From an uncultured Candidatus Saccharibacteria bacterium (GTDB lineage Bacteria > Patescibacteriota > UBA1384 > XYA2-FULL-43-10 > 1-14-0-10-43-13), in the NCBI GenBank assembly GCA_964628585.1, contig CAZVMH010000001.1, forward strand, positions 210 through 64,209: 64,000 nt of DNA. Reading direction: 5' to 3'. Positions 48,012-58,011 of this stretch are shown here, piece after piece (positions within the stretch are counted from its first letter, which is position 1; the number at the start of each line of letters is the position of its first letter). The notes beneath the pieces were generated by a model. It did not search any database. It was not told where the DNA came from and saw nothing but the letters and a program-made list of their open reading frames with translations. The position numbers and the translations under genes were made by a program.

Positions 48012-49446
48012 GTCGTTTGTATATTACTAGCCCACTTTGTTTAAAAGTTTTCTCAACTGAGAAATTACTTAATATATATTTCTGCAGTTCCTTTGCGTAT
48101 GCATAATCAAGATTTATGGGCCAAAGAACTATAGTATCTAGATTTGAGTTTAAATCCTCAATTGTTTTTTCTTCTGATTGCTCAGTGGTGTTATTTATTT
48201 CAGTGATGTAAAGATACTTGTTCAATCTTTTTTTATCACTGTTGAAATAAAAAATAATAAATTGATTTTCGGCCAATATGTATTTGCTCCTATTGTCTTC
48301 TAAGTAATGATCAATTTTTATGTATTCCTGATATTGTGGCCAATATTGATTCTGAAATCGCCAAAAATATAACTTGAAGTTGCCCCAAATATTAAAAAAT
48401 AAGATAATCGCAATTAATAAAGTGGCCCATTTACTCATGTAATAATAAGTAAAATTAATAAATATAGCCGCGAACAAGCACAATGCCGGCAAGATTTGTA
48501 TCCAGTAGTGTTCATAATGACGAACAAAGAAAAAAGGAATTGGTAAAAAAAGCATTAATAATAAAAAAAATCTTATTTTTTGTGCTATTAATTTTTTTGA
48601 AATAATTATTCCAGCAATAGCAAATAACCATAATGGGAAAGTGTGAATAATTAAATTAATGACGAGCTTTATTACAAATAAAATTGGTTCTTTAGGGTAA
48701 TTTGTAAAATTATAGAATATTGCCTGTTTTATAAACTGATCAAAATTTTTATTAAGAACAAACCAAAATGTCAGAAGCACAGCACAAAAAAATACAACTA
48801 GGAAAAATATAATTTTTCCTTTTCTGTTTGATCTATTTATAAAAGCGTAAAGCAGAGCAATCCCGCTCAAAAAACCAGTTTGTTTAATAAAAACAAACAA
48901 GAAAAAAATGACTCCCCGATAAATTGAATTTGTATAATTGGATTTGTTTGCTAATACCAGATACATTGAAATTGAAACCAAAAGAGCTAAAATTGGTTCT
49001 GCAAGGATACGGTTGCCCTGAAATAAAGGAATTGCGCCTAAATATAAGATCATGCCAATATACCCAGTATTTTTTTTGATCAGATTGCCCGATTTAAGAA
49101 CGAAGATTGAAGTTATACAGTTAATTATCAAAAAAATAATTCGAAAGCCAAATGGACTTTTGATAAAATGAGTAAAAAAAGAAAGGAAAAAATAAATCCC
49201 CGGGGGTTTATGATCAAAAAAATCGGCATAGGGTAAAAGATAATTTTTCAAACCTGAAGCAATTACTAAAAAAACGCCTTCATCTTGCCCAATCTGCTCG
49301 AAAATTGCTAAAACATTACTAGAAATTACTACAAAAAAAATAAGAACCCACAAAAAAATTTTAAAAAGGAGGAAGGTGTCTAGATTTTTTTTTACTTCCT
49401 TTTCGGCTGGGGATATTGAAGAAGATTTCATTGGAGCAACTAACAA
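48004..49446 (-). CDS. GT-C fold glycosyltransferase, ArnT/PMT-like (family 39/83-like)
   Basis: 480 aa with about 12 TM helices. The first periplasmic loop carries 'DHKPPGIYFF', which resembles the ArnT/PMT D(E)-x-K/P-P motif. Confidence 0.6.
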   Translation of the reverse strand: MLVAPMKSSSISPAEKEVKKNLDTFLLFKIFLWVLIFFVVISSNVLAIFEQIGQDEGVFLVIASGLKNYLLPYADFFDHKPPGIYFFLSFFTHFIKSPFGFRIIFLIINCITSIFVLKSGNLIKKNTGYIGMILYLGAIPLFQGNRILAEPILALLVSISMYLVLANKSNYTNSIYRGVIFFLFVFIKQTGFLSGIALLYAFINRSNRKGKIIFFLVVFFCAVLLTFWFVLNKNFDQFIKQAIFYNFTNYPKEPILFVIKLVINLIIHTFPLWLFAIAGIIISKKLIAQKIRFFLLLMLFLPIPFFFVRHYEHYWIQILPALCLFAAIFINFTYYYMSKWATLLIAIILFFNIWGNFKLYFWRFQNQYWPQYQEYIKIDHYLEDNRSKYILAENQFIIFYFNSDKKRLNKYLYITEINNTTEQSEEKTIEDLNSNLDTIVLWPINLDYAYAKELQKYILSNFSVEKTFKQSGLVIYKRPI

Positions 49447-49483
49447 ACAGGAAATAGGAAATTTAGCACTATTCTGGTCTGAC

Positions 49484-50245
49484 TTAACTTTTTTTGGTTG
49501 TTATTAGCCGTAAAAAGTCATCTGTGCTTTCAATAAATTGAGGAGTTTTTGCAACCATTCCTTCGGGGGCAGTTAAGGGTATTTGGTTCTTTGTAAATAA
49601 TCGCATAGAACGAGCATGAAGTAGAGAAAAGGATAAACTGTCATTTGAGACTTGTTTATGGCCAAAAATTGAGAGTCTGTTAAACAAGCCTTTTTCCTCT
49701 GCAGATACACTGGTAATTAATATATCAAGATACTCTGGCCCAGTTTTTTTAATATTTGGAGAATAATTAGAGACCATAAAACTTTTGACCCTAGTCTGAA
49801 TAATAAAATCCTTTAACTCAAGCGTTATTTCAACGGGGTTTCTTATATCAAGTTTAATGTTGGTCAGAAAACAATTGCCGGTTGCTGTTGCACCAATCTG
49901 AAGCTCAGTGATTTTTCGAAAACGAAGTGAATCACAAGCCTTTTGCCAATTACTTGTTCCAATCAATGAAGAGAGTTCAGAGGAAGTTTCTAGAGGAATT
50001 ATGCCCATTGCCTCTTTCTTGCCAACCAAACGACTTGCGACAGCGTTAGCTATTTCGTCACCACCAATTGCCACAATAGTTGTATATTGTTTGGAAAGAC
50101 CCAAATCAACTAACTCTTTTACTGTCTGGGCGCCAGAAGGATAGGTATATTCCCCGGAAATACCTAAATCATTTAAGTAGTTTTTTATGCTTTCGACTTG
50201 AGTTCGTTTTCGGCATTTCTTTATGTCAAATATATAATAGTACAT
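49484..50245 (-). CDS. Diacylglycerol-kinase catalytic-domain lipid kinase (YegS/BmrU-like)
   Basis: 'TIVAIGGDEIANAVASRL' DAGK_cat motif. Confidence 0.65.
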   Translation of the reverse strand: MYYYIFDIKKCRKRTQVESIKNYLNDLGISGEYTYPSGAQTVKELVDLGLSKQYTTIVAIGGDEIANAVASRLVGKKEAMGIIPLETSSELSSLIGTSNWQKACDSLRFRKITELQIGATATGNCFLTNIKLDIRNPVEITLELKDFIIQTRVKSFMVSNYSPNIKKTGPEYLDILITSVSAEEKGLFNRLSIFGHKQVSNDSLSFSLLHARSMRLFTKNQIPLTAPEGMVAKTPQFIESTDDFLRLITTKKS

Positions 50246-50376
50246 ATTAAAAATTTATAATTTAAGCCAAGGGCTCCCCTTTGGGGCAATTTACAAAAAA
50301 ATCTGCATATCCGCTGTCTGCCACCTGTCCGCAGATGCTAAAGCATCAGCTTTTTCAGGCGGGTCCTTTTCTAGAT

Positions 50377-50817
50377 TTATTTCTTAAAAAATCCGAACTT
50401 ATCGTCATTAGCTGGCTTTTCTTCTTCAATGTCAGCTTTTTCCTCAATTTTTTTGTCTTCAGTAGGGGGAGCAACTTCTGTTTTCATTTCTCCCTCCTGC
50501 GGCATGATACTCTTGCCAACAAACTTAGCGCCTTGCTTAATTATTAAGCTTTTTGCATTAATGTCCCCAACAACTTTTCCTGTTGGATTTATTTCAAGTT
50601 TATCTGTAGCCTCTACGATACCCTTGACCGTGCCGGAGATCTCGATAGTTTTTGCTGTAACTGGTCCTTTTACCATAGCTGTTTCGCCAATGTTAACATT
50701 TTCATCACTTTTAACCTCACCTTCAATGTTTCCATTGATCTGGATAGAGCCTTTGTTTTTTAAATTTCCCTTAAGGACCACGTTTAGCCCAATAATAGTG
50801 TCCACATTGTTCTCCAT
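50377..50817 (-). CDS. Bactofilin (CcmA-like cytoskeletal beta-helix protein)
   Basis: Start at MENNVD, with AAGGAG 4 nt upstream. Repetitive 'NGNIEGEV...GPVTAKTIEISGTVKG...' beta-helix turns, then a charged tail. Confidence 0.8.
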   Translation of the reverse strand: MENNVDTIIGLNVVLKGNLKNKGSIQINGNIEGEVKSDENVNIGETAMVKGPVTAKTIEISGTVKGIVEATDKLEINPTGKVVGDINAKSLIIKQGAKFVGKSIMPQEGEMKTEVAPPTEDKKIEEKADIEEEKPANDDKFGFFKK

Positions 50818-51026
50818 AGTTCTCCTTATACCCCGTGGAATCATGCGAAGCAGGAATTGCGACGCGGTTATTCCACTGGGTGAATAAAATAATTTCTTTT
50901 CAAGCATATACTAGCAAAAGACTAATTGCCAATGCAAAGAGATAATTATGCTTGGGGTGTTGATAAATATCTGTAAATTTGCTATGCTGTGCTATAGTTT
51001 TCACAAATAAAAGATCTCAAGTCAAT

Positions 51027-53852
51027 ATGAATCGTATAAAAATAGTTGGTGCTAGAGAGCACAATTTAAAAAATATTTCTCTCGAAATTCCTCGAGATAA
51101 ATTGGTTGTTATTACGGGTCTTTCTGGTTCTGGAAAATCTTCTCTCGCTTTTGACACTATTTATGCTGAAGGACAACGTCGTTACGTTGAGTCTCTTTCT
51201 TCTTATGCAAGACAGTTTCTTGGTGTAATGGAAAAACCTGATGTTGATTACATTGAAGGCCTTTCTCCAGCTATCTCGATTGATCAAAAATCGGCTTCAA
51301 GAAATCCGCGTTCAACTGTTGGAACAGTTACCGAAATTTATGATTATCTAAGATTGTTATTTGCTAGAGCAGGAAAAATGCATTGCCCACAGTGTGGCAA
51401 AGCAGTCGAAAGACAAACCGTTGGTCAGATTGCCAACATTATCAATAATCAAAAAAAACAGACTCGTCGAATTGCTCTTCTTTCACCAGTGGTAATTGAT
51501 CAGAAAGGTGAGCACAAAGATGTTTTTGCTCGAATCTTAAAAAGTGGTTATTCTCGCGTTCGTCTCAATGGCACAATTATGGATTTAGATGAAGCTGAGA
51601 GTAAAGACCTAGACAAGCAGAAAAAGCATAATATTGATATTCTCGTCGATAGACTTATTATTGAACCGGATCAAATTGATGAGTCAAATGAAAAGAGACT
51701 TTATGATTCAATAGAGAAAGCTCTACTTTTGGCACAAGGAAAGCTAACGGTCTATGATTATGAGACAAAAACGGACATAACCTATTCTGAACTTTTTGCA
51801 TGTCCAGACTGTGGAATTTCAATGCCAGAGGTGGCTCCAAGATCATTCTCCTTTAACTCTCCTCATGGTGCCTGCGGAGTTTGCCAGGGTCTCGGTATTC
51901 GTCAAGAGTTTGATCCAAGATTAATTTTGCCAAATACAAAATTGACTATAAATGAGGGAGCAATTCGTCCATGGATGCGAAGTGCTTCAAATTACTCTTG
52001 GTATTCTACGATTTTGCAAACAGTAGCATCTAAGTTAAAAATTAATCTTGATACTCCTGTAAACAAATTATCAAAAGAAGATTTAAAAACAATTTTGTAC
52101 GGAACGGGCGAAACTTTATATATGGTTCGGGGTTATGAAACTCGGTATGAAGGTGTAATTCCAAATCTTGAGCGTCGCCATAAAGATACTGAGTCTGATT
52201 ACGTCCGGCGTGAAATTGAAAAATATATGGTTGAGAAAAAATGCCCTTCTTGTGGCGGTAAGAGATTAAAAAAAGAGGTTCTGGGTATTTTAGTAGCTGA
52301 CAAGAATATTGTTGATGTCTCCGAAATGACAGTTGAAGAAGCACATAAATTATTCAAACAATTGCCAACAAAACTTTCTAACACTCAAAATCAAATTGCC
52401 AAACAAGTGATCAAAGAAATTGTCGAACGATTATCATTTCTAATTGATGTTGGTCTTTCATACCTGAGCATAAATAGAAATTCAGCAACACTGGCTGGTG
52501 GTGAAGCACAGAGAATTCGTTTGGCGACTCAAATTGGTTCTGGTCTAACCGGTGTTCTCTATATTCTGGATGAGCCATCTATTGGTTTGCACCAACGTGA
52601 TAACGATCGGCTACTTGTAACTCTAAAAAGACTTCGTGATCTGGGTAATACCGTAATTGTGGTTGAACATGACCAAGAAACAATGCATTCGGCAGATTGG
52701 CTCATAGATATTGGACCAGGTGCGGGGGAACATGGTGGTCAAATCATATTTAATGGCAAGCCAGAAGAAATTACAAAGAATAAAGAATCTGTTACGGGAA
52801 TGTACTTAAGCGGTAAAAAGAAAATAAAGATTCCAAATTTACGCAGAACGGGAAATGGCAATTTTCTAAATATTACTGGCGCAAAAGAGAACAATCTAAA
52901 AGATATAAGCGCTAGCATTCCACTCAATACTTTTACCTGTGTTACCGGCGTTTCTGGTTCTGGTAAATCAACTTTAATTAACGACATTTTAGCTAAGCGT
53001 CTTGCTCAAAAATTTTATAGAGCAAAAGATGAACCAGGTGAACATAAAGAAATAATCGGTTTCGAACATATTGATAAAGTAATCAACATTGATCAATCTC
53101 CAATCGGCAAATCTCCACGATCAAACACAGCTACTTATACGGGAGCTTTTACTACCATCCGTGAACTTTTTGCTTCAACCGCTGAAGCAAAAATGCGTGG
53201 CTATAAAGCCGGCCGATTTTCTTTTAATGTAAAAGGTGGCCGATGTGAAAAGTGTCGAGGTGATGGTGTGCTTAAAATTGAAATGCACTTTTTGCCCGAT
53301 GTCTATATTACTTGTGAAGAGTGTAAAGGCAAAAGATACAACAATGAAGCACTTGAAGTTTTATATAAAGACAAAAATATCTCAGATGTTTTAAATATGA
53401 CCGTTGAGGAAGCAACTGCTTTTTTCAAGAACATCCCGCATATCCATTCGAAGTTAAGCGTTTTGGTCGGCGTTGGTCTTGGCTACATTCGTCTTGGTCA
53501 GCCAGCCACTACTCTTTCTGGTGGTGAGGCACAGAGAATAAAACTTGCGAGTGAACTTTCCCGCCGTGGTACTGGCAAAACACTTTATATTCTTGATGAA
53601 CCAACAACTGGTCTTCATTTTGATGATGTAAAAAGATTGCTTTCTGTACTATCGGCCCTTGTCGATAAAGGTAATACAGTTATTGTGATAGAACATAACC
53701 TCGACGTAATCAAGTCAGCAGACTACATTATTGATCTTGGTCCTGAGGGCGGCAACAAGGGCGGAGAAATTATCGCGACAGGAACTCCAGAAGAAGTATC
53801 AAGAGTAGAAAAATCATATACGGGTAAATATCTGAAAAAGATGCTCAAGTAA
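51027..53852 (+). CDS. uvrA: Excinuclease ABC subunit A
   Basis: Start at [17 protein letters not shown]. Two ABC modules ([18 protein letters not shown]; LSGGEAQR ×2) and Zn fingers ([18 protein letters not shown]). The ORF track starts at 50979. Confidence 0.95.
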   Translation: MNRIKIVGAREHNLKNISLEIPRDKLVVITGLSGSGKSSLAFDTIYAEGQRRYVESLSSYARQFLGVMEKPDVDYIEGLSPAISIDQKSASRNPRSTVGTVTEIYDYLRLLFARAGKMHCPQCGKAVERQTVGQIANIINNQKKQTRRIALLSPVVIDQKGEHKDVFARILKSGYSRVRLNGTIMDLDEAESKDLDKQKKHNIDILVDRLIIEPDQIDESNEKRLYDSIEKALLLAQGKLTVYDYETKTDITYSELFACPDCGISMPEVAPRSFSFNSPHGACGVCQGLGIRQEFDPRLILPNTKLTINEGAIRPWMRSASNYSWYSTILQTVASKLKINLDTPVNKLSKEDLKTILYGTGETLYMVRGYETRYEGVIPNLERRHKDTESDYVRREIEKYMVEKKCPSCGGKRLKKEVLGILVADKNIVDVSEMTVEEAHKLFKQLPTKLSNTQNQIAKQVIKEIVERLSFLIDVGLSYLSINRNSATLAGGEAQRIRLATQIGSGLTGVLYILDEPSIGLHQRDNDRLLVTLKRLRDLGNTVIVVEHDQETMHSADWLIDIGPGAGEHGGQIIFNGKPEEITKNKESVTGMYLSGKKKIKIPNLRRTGNGNFLNITGAKENNLKDISASIPLNTFTCVTGVSGSGKSTLINDILAKRLAQKFYRAKDEPGEHKEIIGFEHIDKVINIDQSPIGKSPRSNTATYTGAFTTIRELFASTAEAKMRGYKAGRFSFNVKGGRCEKCRGDGVLKIEMHFLPDVYITCEECKGKRYNNEALEVLYKDKNISDVLNMTVEEATAFFKNIPHIHSKLSVLVGVGLGYIRLGQPATTLSGGEAQRIKLASELSRRGTGKTLYILDEPTTGLHFDDVKRLLSVLSALVDKGNTVIVIEHNLDVIKSADYIIDLGPEGGNKGGEIIATGTPEEVSRVEKSYTGKYLKKMLK

Positions 53853-53874
53853 ATAACAAATAATATTATATACG

Positions 53875-53910
53875 AAAAAGAGCTCCGCCAAATGGCAGGG
53901 CTCTTTTTCT
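53875..53910. terminator. Bidirectional terminator AAAAAGAGCtccgccaaatggcaggGCTCTTTTT
   Basis: Lies between the uvrA stop and the 3' end of the minus-strand RNase P RNA. Confidence 0.6.
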
Positions 53911-53927
53911 GGTTCTAAATTTTTGCC

Positions 53928-54262
53928 GCAAAGCAATCAATAAGCCGAATTCTGTCCACAAAGTGGTATGACTATCTATCTAAGCGTGAAGACCTTTTGA
54001 GTATTCCGAGCAGGATAAACTCATTTGGTCCACTTCACTTGCACCAGGCGAGGCTTGCCACAGACGCATGTCGCCATGCGAACGCGTGAGTTCTTACCTC
54101 ACGTTTTCACCCTTACCCGGCCCTTTATGGGAAAGGGCTGGGCGGTTTATTTTCTGTTGCGCTGTTCTCGAATCTCACAACCCGCTCATTTTCACGAGCG
54201 CCTTTGCTCTATGGTGTCCGGACTTTCCTCCCCCAAAGGGGGCAGTCATATTTCATGCTTTT
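53928..54262 (-). ncRNA. rnpB: RNase P RNA (bacterial type), minus strand
   Basis: Reverse complement contains P3/P4 '…CCCCCTTTGGGGGAGGAAAGTCCGGACACC…', the conserved 'GGGTAAGGGTGAAAACGTGAGGTAAGAACTCACG' (GNRA/P10-12 region), and the 3' P4 strand 'ACAGAATTCGGCTTA'. P1 pairs AAAGCA/TGCTTT. The GC-rich block is covered only by spurious ORFs 54025-54404. Confidence 0.8.
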
Positions 54263-54341
54263 AAGCATCATTATTATATATATATTGGCAATATCTGTCA
54301 ATAGCGATAAAAAAAAGACCAACAATTGGCCTTCTTTTCAT

Positions 54342-54415
54342 TGGTTCGGGGACAGGGATTCGAACCCCGATTGGCTGGACCAAAACCAGCTGTCCTACCA
54401 TTAGACGATCCCCGA
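54342..54415 (-). tRNA. tRNA-Gln (anticodon TTG)
   Basis: Reverse complement reads TCGGGGATCGTCTAATGGTAGGACAGCTGGTTTTGGTCCAGCCAATCGGGGTTCGAATCCCTGTCCCCGAACCA. Anticodon loop TTTTGGT, T loop TTCGAAT, CCA encoded. Confidence 0.85.
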
Positions 54416-54484
54416 ATATGCTAAAACTATACTATATCTAGCGTATTTTTTCAATCAACGAAGATAATTGTCGATGAAAAGTGA

Positions 54485-54519
54485 AAGCCCCACTCCGATA
54501 AGTCATCGGGGCGGGGCTT
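54485..54519 (-). terminator. GC-rich hairpin terminator after the aminotransferase gene
   Basis: AAGCCCCGCCCCGATGACTTATCGGAGTGGGGCTT on the minus strand, followed by a T-rich tract. Confidence 0.5.
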
Positions 54520-54552
54520 ACGGTTCTGTGTCTGTTTTTGTAGCTCTTTTGG

Positions 54553-55686
54553 CTACTTTACGAGAGTTTGTTTGGCTTCGATCATGCCCTTAAGCGCAAC
54601 CTTAAGCTTGTCAGTCGGCAGGGCATAGGAAATACGCACAAAGCAATCCTTCTCCGTGAATACTCCGCCAGAGGGGACAACTAGCACATTCTGCTTCAAA
54701 CAGGCTTCCGCAAACTCTTTTCCAGTCACAACTGGTGGTGCTTGCACAAAAGCGTAAAATGCCCCCTCGGGCTTAGGCAAGGCGAAGTGAGGGCGAAGAG
54801 TCTTCCAGACCAGATCGCGGCGTTCCCTGAAAATCTGCTTGCGCCGTGAGAGATCTTCCTCGGTCTCGTCCCAGCTTTTCAGGACTGCCCATTGGGCGAC
54901 AGTATTGGCACACACATAAGTGTACATCTGTGCCTTGGCCATTGCTTCAATTACCCACTTGGGACCGACAGCATACCCGATCCTTGAGCCGGTTAAAGAG
55001 TAGTTTTTGGCCCAACCATTGAGGACGATGAGATTCTCTACTAGACCGTAGAAATTCGGTATCTCAACGTCATAAGAGAGGCAGTCATAGATCTCGTCAG
55101 AGATGACGAGTATACCGTACTTATTGGCGATCTGTGCAATATCCTCGATCTCTCCCTGAGAATAGACTCTCCCTGTTGGATTATTGGGGCTATTGACGAA
55201 GATTGCCACTGCCCCGCCCGCGACAGCTCTCTCAACTGCCCCAAAGTCAACATGGAAGTCGGGTGCCATTGGAATGATGAGAGGCGTTGCCCCGACATAG
55301 CAGAGTTGGCTCTTGTACATGGGGAAGTACGGTTCCAGCACAACCACACTCTGTCCCCGCTCAAACAGAACTCGGCAGAGAAGATCTATTGCACCAGATA
55401 CCCCTGCCGTAACGATTGAACTCTCGGCGAAGTCGTATCCCCTGTACTTCTCAAGGATCTTCACCCTTAACTCGGAAAAGCCTTCTGTTGGGGTGTACCT
55501 TGTAATATTCTCGCCGATTCCGTTTCTCATCCAGAACTTCACAATGTCTGGAATCGGCAAATCAGGATCGCCGATTGCCAAGGAAATAATACCGGGAATC
55601 GAAGATGCTTTGCTTAGAGCATCTCTGATCCCAGACGACTCAATCTCTCCAATGGCACTGTTTAGACAGGCCCTGCATGTTCCCAT
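54553..55686 (-). CDS. PLP-dependent aminotransferase, class I/II (aspartate-aminotransferase-like), GC-rich
   Basis: 'NSPNNPTG' and 'GWAKNYSLTGSRIGY' (PLP-Lys region). Strong SD AGGAGGAAG 5 nt before the ATG. GC content clearly above the genome background. Confidence 0.85.
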   Translation of the reverse strand: MGTCRACLNSAIGEIESSGIRDALSKASSIPGIISLAIGDPDLPIPDIVKFWMRNGIGENITRYTPTEGFSELRVKILEKYRGYDFAESSIVTAGVSGAIDLLCRVLFERGQSVVVLEPYFPMYKSQLCYVGATPLIIPMAPDFHVDFGAVERAVAGGAVAIFVNSPNNPTGRVYSQGEIEDIAQIANKYGILVISDEIYDCLSYDVEIPNFYGLVENLIVLNGWAKNYSLTGSRIGYAVGPKWVIEAMAKAQMYTYVCANTVAQWAVLKSWDETEEDLSRRKQIFRERRDLVWKTLRPHFALPKPEGAFYAFVQAPPVVTGKEFAEACLKQNVLVVPSGGVFTEKDCFVRISYALPTDKLKVALKGMIEAKQTLVK

Positions 55687-55811
55687 TCCGACTTCCTCCT
55701 AGATGTTGAGTTTCTGTCCCAAGACTAACTCCCCTGCGGGGAAAGGGTCCCTTTGGGGCTATCAGTACAATATCATAATTTATCATATTATCAAGACTTT
55801 ATTATTAGTGA

Positions 55812-55858
55812 TTTTTAAAAATGTAAAAGGTCGTGACTCACAAGTGATTCACGACCTT
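55812..55858 (-). terminator. Terminator of the 327-aa gene (AAGGTCGTGAatcacttgtgagTCACGACCTT plus a T-rich tract on the minus strand)
   Basis: 8-bp perfect stem. Confidence 0.55.
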
Positions 55859-55878
55859 AGGTTTAGTATTCAGTTCAG

Positions 55879-56862
55879 TCAGCTCTGGAGCTCTTGCTCC
55901 AGCTCGGCAATCTCTTGGTTGATCTGAGAGATAACCAGTTCAAGATCGTCAACACGCTTCTGTGCTCGTTCACGATCACGCACATTCGCAATCAGAAGTC
56001 TGCGTTTATTTTCGAGGCTTCTTTCGGCTTGTGCTCTTGCTTCAATGAGCTCCCTTTTCAGGAAATCGTCTCGTGTTTCGAGGAACAGGTCTGTTGGTAA
56101 GAAGTGGTCATACTCACCCCCACTGAGCACAGGGACGAGATATCCCCTTATCACGAGCTCATCAAACAAACCGATGGTAACCGCCTTGACGGCTCTTACC
56201 AACATAGCATATTTCGCCATTCCTTTTCCTATTGCCTCGATCGTAATCCTGTCTGACCCCTCTTCCATTACCGTAGCACAGAAACCTCCGATGGCTTCTC
56301 TCTTGAAGAACGTCTTACAGGCAGAGTTGATTTCTCGTTTGATCTGCCCAAAATCACTTCGAACGAGAGGTTCAATATCGGAGGGAGCGCTCTTGAGCAA
56401 GCTTCTTCTCTTCTCCTCTGTCTGTGCTGTCAGCTCCAAGAAATTGGCGGTGACAGGGTTCACTTTAGCAAAGAGTTTGCTTGCCTGCTCAACAGTTGGA
56501 CAGATGAGTTCGCCAACCCAGTACCCCTGATCGTCCTTGATTCGGATTGCCAATCCTTTGTTGTTGTGCACGAGAATGTGGCACAACTTCACATCGTAAC
56601 TCAAGTTCTTGCCAACTTTTGGTCCGATGCGGAGCTGGTAGTTCATTGATACTTCTGGTTGAGGGTCAAGAGCCTCCAAGTATTCCGAAACTAGGTCAGC
56701 CAGCTTCAGTAAATCAGGCTTAGCACTGTGCTTTCCGCTCTGGGTGGTGGCAAGAACAGAGTGGCCGGAAGATTCATGTAGCACATTAATACCCAATCGT
56801 TTCCACTTCCTTTCTCCAAGACAGATTCTGCAAAAAGTAGAATTCTTTTGGCAGTAGCACAA
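55879..56862 (-). CDS. Hypothetical protein, GC-rich, C-terminal coiled-coil
   Basis: 327 aa in the ORF track (TTG start). A likelier start is the TTG at ~56796, which has GGAGAAAGGAAG upstream. No recognisable motif. The C-terminus 'ENKRRLLIANVRDRERAQKRVDDLELVISQINQEIAELEQELQS' is coiled-coil. Confidence 0.5.
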   Translation of the reverse strand: MCYCQKNSTFCRICLGERKWKRLGINVLHESSGHSVLATTQSGKHSAKPDLLKLADLVSEYLEALDPQPEVSMNYQLRIGPKVGKNLSYDVKLCHILVHNNKGLAIRIKDDQGYWVGELICPTVEQASKLFAKVNPVTANFLELTAQTEEKRRSLLKSAPSDIEPLVRSDFGQIKREINSACKTFFKREAIGGFCATVMEEGSDRITIEAIGKGMAKYAMLVRAVKAVTIGLFDELVIRGYLVPVLSGGEYDHFLPTDLFLETRDDFLKRELIEARAQAERSLENKRRLLIANVRDRERAQKRVDDLELVISQINQEIAELEQELQS

Positions 56863-56978
56863 TTATACTATAATTATGTAAAAAGTCAACCTTAATTAAT
56901 CTAATGCTTATCAACAATTTGTTTTAAATATTATTGTGTTACAATGGGATTACAATAAATATTAACTTAGGAGTCGGG

Positions 56979-57137
56979 ATGACAAAAAGTGTTTTATCGG
57001 TCATTGGTATCCTCTTGGTGCTAATGGGTGTGGCTGGGTTTACTGCTAAATGGCTAGATCAACCAGCTTGGTATTCAATAGTTCAAATCATTATCGGTGC
57101 GATTGCCATAGTTACGGCTGTTGGTAAAAAAAACTAG
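56979..57137 (+). CDS. Small membrane protein (52 aa, 2 TM)
   Basis: GGAG SD 6 nt upstream of the ATG. 'VLSVIGILLVLMGVAGF…IIIGAIAIVTAVG'. Own terminator at 57165-57197 (ATGCTAtagctcaatgTAGCAT plus T7). Confidence 0.5.
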   Translation: MTKSVLSVIGILLVLMGVAGFTAKWLDQPAWYSIVQIIIGAIAIVTAVGKKN

Positions 57138-57206
57138 ATTTCTTATAATTTATTTACTATATTTATGCTATAGCTCAATGTAGCATGTCTTTTTTTACGT
57201 ATAATA

Positions 57207-57398
57207 ATGAGATGGTTTTGGGGATTTTTCTTCATAATCATTGGAGTTTTTGTCTTGGGAATCAATTTTGACTGGTGGAGTGCGATAAATATTAATGATG
57301 TTTTAATTTTCTGGCCAGTTCTCTTAATTCTTTTTGGAATTGCTATAGTGGCTCGAAACTGGTGTTTCATCGTTAAAAATAACCAGAGATTAATCTAG
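57207..57398 (+). CDS. Small membrane protein (63 aa, 2 TM)
   Basis: 'FWGFFFIIIGVFVLGINFDWW…IFWPVLLILFGIAIVARNW'. Confidence 0.45.
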   Translation: MRWFWGFFFIIIGVFVLGINFDWWSAININDVLIFWPVLLILFGIAIVARNWCFIVKNNQRLI

Positions 57399-57453
57399 CA
57401 GTCTTGTTTGCAGGTTCATAAAGTTCATAAAGAAAAATTGAATTAGAGGGATT

Positions 57454-57924
57454 ATGACTAAAAAGAAAACCTGGATCGAAAAATTGCACGACAGCAAAGA
57501 CTTGCCGAAAGTTGTGAAACTTAAAAAAGAATCGGTAGAGCATTGGCATGGGGAAAATATGGTAGTGCCCTCTCCACTTGAAGTTAACAACATAATGCGC
57601 AAAGTGCCAAAAGGAAAATTAATTACTATAAATGAACTTAGGCAAGCTTTGGCCAAAAAATTCAAAACCGATATTGCTTGTCCTTTGACTTCTGGTATAT
57701 TTTCCTGGATCGCGGCTCATGCCGCAGAAGAGGAGAGGGTAATCGGCAAAAAAGACATTACTCCATATTGGAGGACTTTAAAAAGTGGAGGAGAGTTAAA
57801 TCCAAAATATCCTGGAGGGATAGACCAGCAAAAAACCTTTCTCGAAGATGAGGGTCACAAAGTTATTCAAAAATGCAAAAAGTATGTTATAGAGGATTAT
57901 AAAGAAAAATTAGCTAAGATATAA
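57454..57924 (+). CDS. MGMT-family DNA-binding domain protein lacking the PCHR active site (alkyltransferase-like, Atl-like)
   Basis: 'VPKGKLITINELRQALAKKF' matches the MGMT helix-turn-helix 'vPyGkvtTYgeLA'. No Pro-Cys-His-Arg motif is present. Confidence 0.55.
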   Translation: MTKKKTWIEKLHDSKDLPKVVKLKKESVEHWHGENMVVPSPLEVNNIMRKVPKGKLITINELRQALAKKFKTDIACPLTSGIFSWIAAHAAEEERVIGKKDITPYWRTLKSGGELNPKYPGGIDQQKTFLEDEGHKVIQKCKKYVIEDYKEKLAKI

Positions 57925-58011
57925 TATACAAGCAGGGTTGAAATTTATTTTAAATAGTGATTAAATTTAAGAGTAAATTCAACTCTGCTTTTGCTTGTGG
58001 AGGCATTCGCG

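Noticed and set aside
54025-54404. Three overlapping ORFs (54025..54264, 54068..54304, 54204..54404) in a GC-rich block
   Set aside because: The block is the RNase P RNA plus tRNA-Gln on the opposite strand. The translations are low-complexity and mutually overlapping.
55712-55745. CCCCTGCGGGG / AAAGGGTCCCTTT palindromes as a small RNA
   Set aside because: Too short, and located in the aminotransferase 5' region on the coding strand. More likely an operator or 5'-UTR element, so it is mentioned under the GC-island finding only.
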